Below, piece by piece: positions 48,689-63,329 of a DNA stretch of 64,000 bases (positions are counted from its first letter, which is position 1; every line of letters begins with the position of its first letter). Source of the stretch: Podarcis vaucheri (Eukaryota); assembly GCA_965113315.1 (NCBI GenBank), contig OZ220372.1; one strand, 5' to 3'. The translations under genes and the position numbers were made by a program. Under the pieces are notes generated by a model. That model was not told the origin of the DNA, ran no database searches, and was given only the letters and a program-made list of their open reading frames with translations.

Positions 48689-51600
48689 GTAAGCAAGAGG
48701 GGGTATGAGGAAACCACAGAACAAGGGGAAACGAGAGTCTCTCTGCTGCCACTTGCTCTGCTTTGCAGCCATGGCCATCAAGAGGCAAACAGAGTTTTAT
48801 TTCGGACAGGATAGCTTCTTCTGCAGCCCTTGGCTAGATTTCAACGTTTCTGGCGCAGACAGCAAGCTGGAAGAAGTCACCAGGACTGCATTCCTGTGCG
48901 TCTTCAGAGGGTGGGTGGGTAGAAAGTCCCACTCAAATCAGAAGGCATTACTTCTGAGTAAACCTGCTTAGGATTGCACTCTGAGTAGGTACATTTTCAC
49001 CACGAAGGAAACTGAGACACTAAAACCTGGGGTGCTTGCCAATACGTTTCTATACCGAAATTAATCATGCTTTCCCGCCAATTCAGCTGCGGGGAGCAAT
49101 GTCTTAAAAAACAGATGAAGTGTTTCATATTCTCTCCATTTTAGAGATGAGGCTGAAAACAAGTGGCTTGCTGAGTCACACTCCTTGGCTATGGTGGGCT
49201 TGGGTTTCCAGGTCAAAGTCTCACAATCTTATCTTTGGGTCAGCTATGGATGCTCTAAAACATTCTTTTTTGGCAGAGCCAGAAATTGAACTAGGGCATA
49301 TCTATTATTGTTTTATTATCTATTTAATTTATCAGTTGCTTTTCTTGCTGCGGGTAACACAAAGCGCCTTTGCAAATAAATGCAATGTCTCTACACTAAG
49401 ACCAGTCTCACACCAGTTTAATAGTCATGGCTCGCAATCAAATAACGTAAGTATAATCTCTCGAAAGGGGCAAGGGATCTCTTGCAAAGCAGCAGAAATC
49501 TCAAGCCCCTTTCCTAAGATCATTTGGGCAAAGACGTGGTGATTAAACTGGTTTCCAACTAGTTTAAATTTGCAGCCTAGAAGCTCCCTTGTGAACAATT
49601 ACTATCGGAAAGGGCTGTAGCTCAGAGGTAGAGAGCTTGCTTTCTACTCAGAAGGACCAAACTTTAACTCTTGGCATCTCCAGGTGTGACTGGAAAAACC
49701 TCTGTCTGAAGCTCTGGAGAGGGCCTGCAAGTTAGTGTAGATGATGTTGAGCTGGATGGATCTATGCTCAGACTTGGTAGAAGACTGCTTTTTTTTGCTA
49801 AAGCATCCATGACAGATGGCCATCTAACCTGTTTAAAAACCTCCAGGGAAGGAGAGTCTACTACCTCTTAGTCTCTGCCTTGGGTGTTTCTTTGTATTGC
49901 TTTTAAATCTTTTCTTCCTCCTTCTATTATTGACAGGCTGAAAACCTTGCTTTCCTAAAAGCTCGGATTTTTTGCTACAAGGAAAGTGACAGGAAAAGAC
50001 ACTGGAAAGTGTAGGATAACGATCTGATGCAAACAAATCAGGAGAAATATTCAGTAAACTGGTAATCTGGACGTGGCCTTAGAGAACAGCATATTATTGT
50101 TTGAGGCAATCAATACATCAAACAGCTTTCACATTTCTTTTCCAGAGTACTAACCAGGCAGTCATGGGGAGACATTTCATTTTGGAGAGCAGAAGAGTAG
50201 CAAAAATAATGAGTATGGCTATAGTATTTAAAGAATATGCCTTCCTCCAAAGGCTACTGGGAGCTGCAGTTTATGCCTACAACTGCCAGCTTCAAATGTA
50301 TGGTGTATGTGCAGTCTAAGGTGGTGTAATTGCTGTGTAGACGAGGGGTTTTCAGCAGGTGAAATTACTTATTCTGTACACCTATCAAAGGTGCAGGAAA
50401 GTCTTTTCTTTTCCACCTGGCCATCCTAAGTTATTAGGCGAGCAAGGGTTTATTATTAATGGTGTTTCTGTCCTTGATAACAAAATTTCCCTGATTTGTG
50501 AGAATCAATGCTACTTTCTGGATCAGAACGTATTTCTGGAGGGGCACAAGCTGCCGTTCTTGTCACCAGAAAAGAGTTAAGAAATCAGAAGGCTCTGCAC
50601 CCTTCTTAAGTTACACCCGGTGGAGAAATACCATCTGGCTGCGTCAGGTCCCAGTCAGGAATAAAAATAAACTCACTTGGCTCACAGTATCCTTTCAAGA
50701 TCTATCAAAATCCATATGGGATCAAGAGTGTTCTTTGTACACCTCTACAGTGTTTGTACATGGACACAGCCAGAGAATGCAGAGCCCATTTTGGAATGTG
50801 CAAATTTTTGCCATATTACCAGACCGAATAATGCTTTTGTGGCAAACTTTTTCATGTGCTGGCTTTGCTCCGGTTCCATAATGTCTAGCTTGCATTTGTC
50901 AGATGAGAATGGATACAGATTTGCTTCTGTATTATTGAAATAAATACAGATTGTAGTACAGATTCAGAAATTTTTAAATGAAGATTTATGATGATTATTA
51001 ATAATAATTATATTAAGTTCAGAAACTGAAGTTCTACCAATATGTATCTGTCAGTATATTGGGATATAATCAATTACAAATGAATTAGATAGCAACAACT
51101 GCACAGACAGTGAAAAAAAAATTATTAAAGGATACTGTGTTCTTACAAGCTTGTCATGACTTCGTTAATAATAAGAGTATTAATGGTGAACAAGATTTTC
51201 TGAAAGACAGTATGTCCGCCATATCTGATCAATCTGTCTGCAATGTTGAGTTATAGGGGAATATTTGCTGTGTTCTACAGCACTGGATGGGTGAAAGTCA
51301 TTTGGGATCTACTGGTGATTTGCCATAGTTGGCAAGAGTTTGTGACTCCCAATTGGTGGTGGTTCTTCTTTTAAATGAGGTTGATGAAATGAAGAAAGTT
51401 GGAAGGGTAGGGATGGCACCAGGAATATAATTTTGTGTTGAAGAACTGTGAGTAATGGTGGCTGATGCTTGTTGGGACAGGTGGGGTCAAAAGCAGAGAA
51501 CCTAACAGCAGGTTAGCAATGAAAAGCGGAGACAAATAATTCTAGTCTTACCCTCCTTCTGGTTGAGCCCTGTAAGGCAAAATTGAGACTAAAAGGGAGG

Positions 51601-51702
51601 AAGCTGATAGGAAGTTATGTCCCTGGACCTGAGGGAATGGGCTGACCCAATGTGTGCTCTTGTTCTACTGACCTTTGCTCCGTTGTCCTCCTTCTTCCAC
51701 AG

Positions 51703-51925
51703 CGTGAGTGTATCTCTGTACATGTTGGGCAAGCTGGAGTTCAAATTGGCAATGCATGCTGGGAGCTTTTCTGCTTAGAACATGGCATCCACCCAGATGG
51801 AACTTTCCAGGACAAAGCCAACAAATTTAATGACGACGATTCTTTTACCACATTCTTCAGCGAAACTCGCACAGGAAAACACGTGCCGCGGGCTGTCATG
51901 GTGGACCTAGAACCCACTGTAGTAG
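51703..51925 (+). CDS. TUBA8: TUBA8 copy B, exon 2 (223 nt)
   Basis: CCACAG|[10 protein letters not shown]...[24 protein letters not shown]...DLEPTVV|GTCAGT. The [14 protein letters not shown] loop is TUBA8-type. Confidence 0.95.
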
Positions 51926-52236
51926 GTCAGTGGAATAACTAGCAGTAGCATATGCAGATGAGACCACTTAATGTATAACAGTGCGGGGGACCAATGTAGA
52001 GTGACTTGATGTGCGTACAAACAGGGTTCCTTCATCTTTAACAGTTGAACTGAAGAAACTTGGTGCCATGCAAGCATTGGGGGGGGGGAGAGTTATATCT
52101 TTCAGAAGTCCTCCTCACGCAATTATAAAGGCACATTATAAAGATCTATTGTGCTATCCAGAGGTCTTCTGTTCTTCAGCAGAAGCCTGCTATGAGGCTG
52201 TTGCATATACTGGGTTCATTCATATTCCCTTATGGG

Positions 52237-53021
52237 TGTCAGCTGCATCCCATTGCTGACAGAGAGGGGGAGAGCGTGGAGAGACAGGAGGAGGTAATTA
52301 GGCAGGAATGTGGAAAGAGGGAAGAGCAGCCTAATTGCAGTAAAAGCCTGAGCTCCGAGAACAAGGAGAAGGAAGGGGGGAGTTCTAGGGAGAAGACACA
52401 GACTGACATTTTAAGCTTGGACTCAGAGGGAGGGCCACCGGAAATAGCCCGTTCCATGATGCGCAGGCAAGCAAGAATTAATGAGAAGCATTGTTATGTA
52501 CTGAGTTGAATAGGATCCAAACTGCAGCAGTCTGATTGGTCCTAGAACAATAGGATTCAGAATGCAGCAGTCTGATTGGTCCAAGAACAATGCAGCAGTA
52601 TGATTGGTTGGCAGGAACCACCCAATCATGCTCCAGATATAAGTGAATCCACAACCTGATTGGCTTACAGTAGAATTCCAGAATTAACCAATCATGTGCA
52701 GCCCATTGTGTAAATAATGTATATAAAGCAGATACTTTGAGGGGACTTCCATTCATTCCTCCTCACCACTATGAGCTGAATAAAGAGCATGAAATCACTT
52801 TGCGACTCTGAGTATATTTCGGGCATGAACAGGAAAGGAAGCAAAAGTGGGGCTTTAAATAGGGGAAGAGGAAGGGGCGGAACTCAGACTTGGCAACGGC
52901 TAATTTGGAAGCAGACCCTGAGTGACTGAGCTCCAGAGTGATTTGTATGTTTTGAGCAATAAACCTGAGTTAATTGCTGCTGGAGTTGTCTCGCTTTTGT
53001 TGGAGAGACCCAACCATTACA
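52237..53021 (+). mobile_element. Solo-LTR-like element (outer)
   Basis: TG...CA termini, a perfect 5-bp TSD ATGGG (52232-52236 / 53022-53026), a TATA-like TTTAAAT and an AATAAA near the 3' end. Confidence 0.65.
52492..52821 (+). mobile_element. Solo-LTR-like element (inner, nested)
   Basis: TGTTATGTACTG...TATATTTCG termini, repeated GATTGG (CCAAT) boxes, TATATAAA, AATAAA and flanks AGCAT / GGCAT. Confidence 0.65.
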
Positions 53022-54407
53022 ATGGGTCATTAGTCATTAGTCAACCTTACACAAGGTTGGGCACAAAGAGCTTATCTTGCTTGTTGCAGAGTGTATAAAA
53101 CATTGGTGCACCAAGATCTATTTTCAAGGATTTGTGATTTCCCTCCCATAAATGTTGAAAGCTGCATGTCCTTGGTTCAGGTAGCATATCTCTCTTAGTG
53201 TGTGTGTTTGTGTATGATAACATTTCTTCGTGAACATTTCTTGCTATGTGTTCCGAGAAAAACACAACTATTTGCCACAAAGGAAGAGCAGCTCATGCCA
53301 TCTTCCATTTGCTCCCACATGCATGCACCCCCACACCCCAAGCAACAGCTGCATACCACATAGTTATCAGAAGAAGCATCAGCTCAGGAGCTTCTTTTGG
53401 CATAGCAATGGCTGTCTTGCGCTGCACCATCAACATTAATCTTGCTGTTCCCTGGCCTAGTCTGAACCAGCAGGGTGTTGACGCAGCCCCTGTTTGGCTT
53501 GTAAGCATCATGCACAAGTATGCCTCTGTGTAAAAATGCTGGATATGCTTGTTTCTGTTTAGTTTGTTTAGTTCCGCTTAGTGCTTTGAAAAAGATCCAT
53601 GCCCTCTGTTGTACATCACAGCCAGGGTTCAAGGCCTTGCACAATAATAACTGTGTTTAATTACTGTTTAACAGTAGCTGCATGGTGACATGATCTGAAT
53701 GCAGTGGGTGGGGCTGGGGAGACAATCATTTTGAATATTGATGGACTGGGCTTGGATCAGGTAAATTCATTTTAATTTTGCTAGTTAACTGCACATTTTT
53801 TGCTGACGGAAACCTCTGCAGGGCGGACTTTGGTAATTTGGTCCCCTGAGCAAGGACAAAATTTGACACCACCCACACTAAATATTTCAATTTCCCCCAC
53901 AATAATTCCTTTTGGTACAGTTGTTTTTTTATGGATCTTCTCAGTAGGTACCGATATAAATATAGGTATCAACATCACTATTAATGTATGCCCCCTTGCC
54001 TTGGCACCCAATGCGGAAACCTGCCAATACCACCCTAAATCCGGCACTGACCTGCAACCAATAAGAGCCTTCCATTTCCCAGGCTAATTTACCTGATCCA
54101 TCCTCTGTCTCTACATATTACACACAGTTCTCTCTCTCTTCTTCCACTTTTGGGAGTTGTTACCAAGCAGCTACTGCTAAACAGTCCTGCAACGTGGGAA
54201 CAGCACAAGGCCTCGAACCCCAGAAGTCCCACTCTGACATCAACAGGAGCCACCAATCCTTTCTCAAAGCACACAAAACGTAAAACACACACCCAGCATT
54301 CCTCCATAGACCCGACACTCCACAAAATTCTGTTCAGAATCGCAGAGAAAGCCAGAATAATTTAATAATTTTAAAGTTCATCTGGCTTACAACAAAGACG
54401 GCATCCT

Positions 54408-54609
54408 TCTCTTCTCTTCTTCCTTTCTTTTCTTCTCTTCTCTTTCTTGTCATGACAATGTAAAGTTTTAAGTGAAAAATATCTTTAATGTATGTATATT
54501 GCGCGCGGGGTGTTTGGATTTTTTTCTTTGATATGCTTTTTTCTTTTCTATTTTTCTTTTTGTTTCTTTTCTGGAAAATCAATAAAAATCAATTTAAAAA
54601 AAAAAAAAA
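54408..54609 (+). mobile_element. 5'-truncated poly(A) retroposon (L1-type 3' end)
   Basis: AATAAA at 54581, an A-tail, and a perfect 17-bp TSD AACAAAGACGGCATCCT (54391-54407 / 54610-54626). Confidence 0.8.
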
Positions 54610-54714
54610 AACAAAGACGGCATCCTATATAAGGTATTCAGTTGGCACATATCAGCATTAAAGAAACATGTCCACAACAAACTCTGACCACGCTCTGCTT
54701 ACTTTCCTTAACAG

Positions 54715-54863
54715 ATGAAGTGCGGGCTGGAGCTTACCGCCAGCTTTTCCACCCAGAGCAGCTCATCGCTGGCAAGGAAGACGCTGCCAATAACTATGCC
54801 CGTGGCCACTACACCATTGGCAAGGAGAGCATCGACATAGTACTAGATCGCATTCGCAAGCTG
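54715..54863 (+). CDS. TUBA8: TUBA8 copy B, exon 3 (149 nt)
   Basis: AACAG|[50 protein letters not shown]|GTAGGT. Confidence 0.95.
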
Positions 54864-55467
54864 GTAGGTAGAAGGTTGCCAATGGAAAGTGATATGCGGC
54901 TTGGGAGCAGGATGAGGCAGAAATCTGGAGGGCTATAATTTTTTATTTCATTCTCAGAAGTTAGGTCCATAGTGGACAGAGGCTGGATGCTTCATTATTC
55001 AGAGATCAGTGGTTTTCCAAAATTAGGAAATATTTCCTCAGTAACTGTGAGGAAATATTTTCCACACCACCTCCTTGGCCAAGGAACCTCTGCATGCTTG
55101 CCACATACCTCCTGTGCTGTAGGAAATCCTGGGGCATATTCTAAGGGACCCATGAAGACACTGGCCACCCTGTTGGACCTATAGCAGAGAAATGAATGAA
55201 ACTTACTTCTTCCTCTACTTAGCTTGTTTGGTGGGCTTCTTGTTGGGGGTGGGGAAAGCTGATTTATTTAATTTAAAATACTTAGAAATGTCTTCATATT
55301 TAAAGATCTCAAAGCATTATATAAAAGGATGAAAATCTCACAGCACATAATAAAATAATATAAAACCAGCATAAAATACAATTCCACAGCTTCACAGTGA
55401 TGAATATCACAAATCTAAACACTTGAGCAAAGTGTATATGCTGAAAACATAAAATGTTGCTGTATAC

Positions 55468-55725
55468 CAGAGGTCAGCAAACTTTTTCAGCAGGGGGCCG
55501 GTCCACTGTCCCTCAGACCTTGTGGGGGGGGCCAGACTGTGGTTTTTTTTTGGGGGGGGGAATGAATTCCTATGCCCCACAAATAACCCAGAGATACATT
55601 TTAAATAAAAGGACACATTCTACTCATGTAAAAACAGGCTGGACCGTTGCTGGACCGTCCGCGGGCCAGATTTAGAAGGTGATTGGGCCAGATCCGGCCC
55701 CCGGGCCTTAGTTTGCCTACCCATG
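55468..55725. mobile_element. hAT-type MITE
   Basis: CAGAGGTCAGCAAAC...GTTTGCCTACCCATG termini and a TSD CTGTATAC / CTGTATAG. Confidence 0.75.
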
Positions 55726-55855
55726 CTGTATAGCATATGTCCATGTTCCATGCGGCAGGTGCCATCACACTACTCAGAATAGCCACAAAATGGATTGGAT
55801 ATACAGATGATTGGATATCCGTGCCCCAGGAGATTACACCATTGTCCAGGCTGTG

Positions 55856-56741
<886 letters not shown>

Positions 56742-56798
56742 TAACACCCACAATGATGATGATGATGATAATAATAATAATAATTGTTATGTTGTGGG

Positions 56799-57048
56799 TG
56801 AACATATCAGACGACACAGCGATTCTTTAAACAGCTCTTGTTTATTCACAGGCTAGAACTGAACTGAACTGAAGGGTTCAGCCAGCCTGCTTATATAGAG
56901 CTCCACTAGAACGCAACAGTAACCATTTTCCGTAACTATCCAATCACTGAACGTAACTTTCAATCCCTTATTTGCATATGTGGACCTGAGTGAAAACTAT
57001 CTACTGTATCCCCCTGCTGGCCCAGGGTGAGAACTTCAGTACACAACA
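56799..57048 (-). mobile_element. Solo-LTR-like element
   Basis: The minus strand starts TGTTGTGTACTGA (compare 52492), carries TATATAA and AATAAA, and ends ...ATGTTCA. No TSD was found. Confidence 0.45.
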
Positions 57049-58624
57049 CCAATAATAATAATGGTGACAAAAGTGTTGTTTGTATGTGCTGCAGTCATAC
57101 CAAGAGTCATTTTTTGAGTGGACCCTTGTGGCTGGGAACTGCATTTGGAGGACTAATTTTGCCCCTCTCCACCTCTCTGCTCAGTCCTCTAAGGGCAATT
57201 TTGAGATCAAGGAGGAGGAAGCTGACAGGCGCAGCCACCCCCACCCCCCTCCAGGCTGATTTCAAGTTGGAATGCTGGCAGATGGATTAGAGGTCCATTC
57301 ACCTGAACTGTCCAGCCTCCCCCATGCCGCTCTTCTTGGAAGAGTTTGCGGGGGGAGCGCGTGCAAGCCTAGCATGGAGAAGGGCCATATCTCTATGGCA
57401 GAGCATCTGGTATGCACACACAAGGTCCTTGATTCAATTCCAAGCATGTCCAGGTTAGGCTGGGAAATGCTGCCAGCCAGTGTACGCAATAGTAGATGGA
57501 CCAATGGTCTGACTCCGTCTCCGGCAGTTTCCTATGTCATTATTAGTATAGTGGTACCTCGGGTTAAGAACTTAATTTGTTCTGGAGGTCCGTTCTTAAC
57601 CTGAAACTATTCTTAACCTGAAGCACCACTTTAGCTAATGGGGCCTCCCGCTGTTGCTGCATGATTTCTGTTCCCATCCTGAAGCAAAGTTCTTAACCTG
57701 AGGTACTATTTCTGGGTTAGCGGAGTCTGTAACCTGAAGCGCCTGTAACCTGAAGCATCTGTAACCCGAGGTACCACAGTATGACTATTTTAAAAATTTT
57801 ATACCATCAAACCTTGGTTGTCAAACACCCTGGAACTTGTATGTTTTTGGCTTCCAAACGCCGCAAACCTGAAAGTGAGTGTTCCGGTTTGCGAACGTTC
57901 TTTTGGAACCTGAATGTCCGATGAGGCTTCCTGCAGCCAATCAGAGGTTTTCGAACATTTTGGCAGTCAAACAGACTTTCGGAACGGATTCTGTTCGACT
58001 TTCCAAGGTATGACTGTACTGCTTTCATCAATAGATCTCGGAGCAGTTCACAACATAAAATGACAATATAAAACCTCAAAATACATAGTAAAAAATAAGA
58101 ACCACAACAAACCAACCCTCCTCCCACTCATACGTACAGTGGTACCTCGGGTTAAGAACTTAATTCGTTCTGCAAGTCTGTTCTTAACCTGAGACTGTTC
58201 TTAACCTGAAGCAACACTTTAGCTAATGGGGCCTTCCACTGCCGCCGCGCAATTTCTGTTCTCATCCTAAAGCAAAATTCTTAACCCAAGGTATTATTTC
58301 TGGGTTAGCAGAGTCTGTAACCTGAAGCGTCTGTAACCTGAAGTGTATGTAACCTGAGGTACTACTGTATATGCAGTCCTCATCAGCTAATTTTTTTTAG
58401 GGGTTTCATGGCTGATTTTAAATGCAATGCACTTCTGCATATCCCAGGCATAGTGAAACCTTAGTTCTGTTTGTAGCTGTTCCCACTCTGCTTCCCCAGG
58501 AGAGGCTTGAGCTTGCTATTTGAGGGAATGATGACAATGGGCCAGTATCAGCTGAGGCATTCCGCTGCCCACGCTTAATTTCTGTCTGTACAGTTGCCTT
58601 TTCTTCCCTCCTCTTGGTTTCCAG

Positions 58625-58918
58625 GTTGGCATCAATTACCAGCCGCCGACCATCGTTCCCGGGGGCGACCTTGCTCAAGTGCAGCGTGCCGTCTGCATGC
58701 TCAGCAACACCACCGCCATCGCCGAGGCCTGGGCGAGGCTGGACCACAAGTTTGATCTGATGTATGCCAAGCGAGCTTTTGTGCACTGGTATGTTGGTGA
58801 GGGCATGGAGGAAGGAGAGTTTGCGGAGGCCCGGGAAGATTTAGCTGCGCTGGAGAAAGATTACGAGGAAGTTGGGACAGACTCCTTTGAAGAAGAAAAT
58901 GACGGGGAAGAGTATTAA
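58625..58918 (+). CDS. TUBA8: TUBA8 copy B, exon 5 (294 nt including TAA); total CDS 1350 nt, 449 aa
   Basis: TCCAG|[24 protein letters not shown]...[19 protein letters not shown]. The tail is close to mammalian TUBA8, and PEX26-TUBA8 synteny is known from mammals. Confidence 0.95.
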   Translation, partial: VGINYQPPTIVPGGDLAQVQRAVCMLSNTTAIAEAWARLDHKFDLMYAKRAFVHWYVGEGMEEGEFAEAREDLAALEKDYEEVGTDSFEEENDGEEY

Positions 58919-61900
58919 AAATGGTGCTCCTGGCAGCTCTTCATTGCACTGGGAATACAGCTCACCAAACTCTTTGCTGCCCAGCAGCTTCTGATCATTT
59001 CATGGGGGGTGGATGGAGGAATGGACAGTGGAAGGGTTTGGTGGATTGGACCCTGTGCCTACTCCTGCAGCATATGTAAAAAATAGACCATCCATCTGCA
59101 AAAAAACAATTTCCAGTGACTTCCTTTCTTTATTATGCCTTATATTGTGAGGGGGGAGGAAATATTCTGCTCCTTTCTTAAAGCAGTCCAAGAAAAAAAA
59201 TACAAGTACAGTGGTACCTTGGGTTAAGAACTTAATTCGTTCGGGAGATCCGTTCTTAACCTGAAACTGTTCTTAACCTGAAGCACCACTTTAGCTAATG
59301 GAGCCTCCTGCTACTGCTGCGCCACTGGAGCACGATTTCTGTTCTCATCCTGAAGCAAAGTTCTTGACCCAAGGTAATATTTCTGGGTTAGCGGAGTCTG
59401 TAACCTGAAGCATATGTAACTTGAGGTACCACTATACCAGTTAGTACCAGTATGGCATGGGTGACACAGGACTCAGGGGCTGTTGCAACATCCCTGGTTC
59501 GGACTTATGCCTCAACTGTCCTACATTCCAGGTTCATAGCCAGAAATTCTGAAGTGAGGAGGCTGAAGGCAGTAGGGAATCATTGCAACAGATGAAACAC
59601 AAGTAGTCTAAAAGATCTGGAATTCATTTGTCTGCGTTATTTCTTTGTAAGCAATTGGGTAAAATATTGGCTACATACCTGCTTATAAGTCAACGAAAAA
59701 GGCTACAAAGTTGAATTTAAAAAGGAAGAAAGAACATTCCACATTCTGGAAGGGGGCATGGAATATCTCCATGTGGGCTAGGCTCCTATAGTCCTGCCTC
59801 CTCCTCCTTTTTTACATTGCCTTATAGCATAGCTGTCAACGTTTCCCTTTTTTAAAGGGAAATTCCCTTATTCCAAATCGTGAGGATTCCTCACGAGAAA
59901 AGGGAAAAGTTGACAGCTATGCTTTATAGCTACAGCAGCAGACAGCCTGATTTTCTGATACTTGTTCCAGGTAAAACATTTTCCCCATTTTATCTTCTTG
60001 CGATGTGTCAGGGATGCCTTTAAAAAGTTTTATTATTGTGCACTCGATTGTGCTAGACTTCTGTGGATTTCAGCCCCAGGTGAGCTGTTTATTGAGAATT
60101 CTTCCTGATTTGTTTGTACCCGCTTTGCAAGGAAGTTAGAAGACCTTGACCATTTATTGAGCATTCATTCTGATTTGTTTGTGGGTGGTCTCATGACATT
60201 GCATCAACAAAGTGTTTCTCCACCTTTAAGTGCACTTCCCCATCCTTTTTACCAAAAATAAAAATAAAAATCCATTTTTGGGGGAGAAACAAGTACTGTT
60301 GAATGTACATAAGTAAAATCTTCTATCATTTCAATGCCTTGGTACATAAAAAGTGATGTTGTTACCATCAAGTAATGTTGTTAATCATAAAATATATATC
60401 GTAAGAATATTTAAATATATATAATGTTACACAAGAATGTCGTTTAATTTTCTAATTTAGTGAGGCAATCTGTCCCAGAGAACTCTCTTCGATGGGCTAT
60501 TTGTAATTAAATAAAATCATTTCATTGAGTTTACTAAGTAATTAAGATCCCATTAAAAATCAATCAAATCAGATATATATATATCCCCGTTTAAACTAAT
60601 CCCAGAGATTACTTAATTTAATATCTCTCCCAGCAACATATGTGGATTTTTACATTTCACATTCTTTTCTTCGAGTAAGAAATTGGCATTTTTTAAAAAC
60701 AACAACCATAAATCTATTATCCTGTTGTCAACCTAATTATGTTTGTTTTATCAGACCTTAGCAAATTTTCTGATTCAGGAGGGTCTGCATTTCTCCTCAT
60801 GACTGACATACAGTGGTATGAGTTACTGTTAGAAGATTAATGATCTTTATTGAGGAAATTATTACATTTCTGTTGCTAACAATTCTTAGAATACACAGAT
60901 ACATTTGATGCTTGCAACACATTTATTATGGTGCAACTATTCATGGGCTACAGCTAGGGGTGGATGAACTTGTCAGTTTCATTTTCTCTCAATTTGCAAA
61001 TCCACCCCCCTGACTTGCTAAGTGCAGTTCTCCACATTTCTGCATTAGTTCCTTAAAAAAGGACTCATGAAAATTTATCAGCATTTTAGTGCAAATTTAT
61101 CCTAATATACATATTTCTATGTGCTATTTTGTTGGATATACATTTATTTGCAATTCATTTCCCTATATAAAATGCATTTTTGTATGTTAGTTTCACCAAT
61201 ATATGCATTTTTATGTATGCTTTACCCTGGCACATACATTTTTGTACACATTACTTGGCTTGAAAACCACACTGCAAAATTCAGAGAAGTGTAACTTTTG
61301 AAAGAGGGCTGTGTTTCATTTTGTGTATTGCTCCTGAAAGCACAGGTTTGATAGATTCATCTTTACGTGAATGAAATGGATGAAATTTCCCCCTCACCCC
61401 TAACTACTGTCCATCAGGTGCATGAAATGGCATCTTGAGTTACAGGAACCAAATCTACATAGTTGTGGGGGGGGGCTTGTAAACATGAAAGTCAGCAAGA
61501 AATAAAATGTAGAAAGGGACAGACCTTGATAATGGCCTTATTAACAGGGACTATTCACTGTGGCAAACCCAGACACCGGTTCTTGTCTCCCGATCTACTG
61601 TGGCAGCACCTTTGGGGAATATTCCATTTCTGAATTTCCTGAATGCATCCCCTTTGCCTCTGCGACTCTATGAAACGAAACTTTTGTCAAGCTACCTAAC
61701 ATGAGGGCTGGGGAAATGCCATGTTCTGTATAGTCTGAAGCAGTCAGGTGGTCAAACTGGTGAGGACATTTTTTAACCCCTCAGTATTTGGCACACTGGG
61801 TCTCTCCTAGCCCTATTAGGAGATGCAGGGAAATTCAGCCTTTGATCTTCTGCATGCAAATCATGCGGTCTCCCACTAAACCACAGCCTTAGCACATTAA

Positions 61901-62504
61901 ATGAAAAACAGACCTGAGGTTTGACAGAAACCCGCTGAGCCCAGGAAACAATAGTAGCTAAGCTCCCACTGTTGACATACGCAGAAGCTAAGAAATGAAA
62001 CTTAAAGGCTGTGGGGAAGGTCTGATCACTGCTGATCGAGGCAGCTGTCACTCACAAAACCCAGCAGGGTGTATGTGTGTCATCAAGTCCCAACCATTGA
62101 AGGCCAGTGGATTAGGGGGCAGAGATCATATAATTGTTCTCAGTGTCAAGTTACATTTCGTGAAAGAATCAGTTGCCATAACTTGGCTTGGGATATATCT
62201 TCTTAAATCCATTTTGGATGCAGCGTGGCATGATAATTTTTTTTTTGAGGGGGGAGTCCAAGTTATGCTGGTGAGATTTACCATATTTTTCTCCTTCCTC
62301 AGGAGGAAATTGCACAGATCTCAGTCAGGGCTTATTCCCTAGAAAGCATACACAGGACTGGTCATATTTAGGAACGACAGTTCAATCCTATACTCAGAAG
62401 TAAGCCCCATTGACTTCAATGGCACAGCCAGGTAAGGTATAATGGATGTCAGCCTCATTGAATTCAGTGGGCACTTCCCTCTGTGTAACATATAGGATCA
62501 GGCG

Positions 62505-62774
62505 CAGGGCCGGATTTAGGTTTGATGAGGCCCTAAGATACTGAAGGTAATGGGGCACTTTATATTTTAGGGAATAGGCTGGCAGGCGCAGCCCATTACT
62601 TACATCATAGGAGCCTACACAACACAAAACACTGTTGCTGTACATAGGTTTTATTTTATTTTTATTTTTTGGAAATCTACATCCAGTTTTTTTCTTTAAT
62701 TTTTTTTTGCAGCCCCCCAAGAGAGTGGGGCCCTAAGCTATAGCTTGTTTAGCTCATACATAAATCCAGCACTG
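62505..62774. mobile_element. hAT-like MITE
   Basis: CAGGGCCGGATTTA...TAAATCCAGCACTG TIRs and an imperfect 8-bp flank ATCAGGCG / ATCAAGCT. Confidence 0.7.
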
Positions 62775-63018
62775 ATCAAGCTCAAACAACACAGGTGCCC
62801 GTCAGCAATATTATTTTAAATCACCACGATTAAAAATAATCTCCGGAGGGCATCTAGATAAAAGGCAGTCTGCAGTGGCATAGCATTAAACTAAAAACAA
62901 ATATCTGCTCACCCCTCCATGCGGGCATTAAAAAAACACACAACGTACCGGACCCTGCTTAGCTACCCCCATCCCTCTTTAATAATTGAAAATACAGAAG
63001 CGCGCCTAACGTGTGATC

Positions 63019-63326
63019 CAGTGCCGGATTTACGTATAAGCTAAACAAGCTATAGCTTAGGGTCCCACTCTCTTGGGGCCCCCCAAAAAAATTAAAGGAA
63101 AAAAACCCTGGTTGCACATTTCCAAAATATAAGACAAATAAAATAAAACTAGCCTGCTCGCCTACTCCCTAAAATATCACTGGTTTGCTCCTATTAGGTC
63201 CATAAATTACCATATAGCATATATTCAACACACAAAAAAACAGTCCAGCTGTCCTTTGTTGTTGACAAAGGACAGCTGGACATATAAAGGGCCCCATTAC
63301 CTTCATCAAACCTAAGCCCGGGTCTG
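63019..63326. mobile_element. Second copy of the same hAT-like MITE, inverted relative to 62505-62774
   Basis: CAGTGCCGGATTTA start. The internal AGCTAAACAAGCTATAGCTTAGGG is the reverse complement of sequence in the first copy. Confidence 0.7.
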
Positions 63327-63329
63327 GCG

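Noticed and set aside
53740-54300. Possible L1/Tx1 endonuclease remnant on the minus strand (similar AT-rich remnants at about 16300-16570, 47190-47440, 50940-51350 and 60150-60920)
   Set aside because: Too degraded to assign a family or boundaries reliably by eye.
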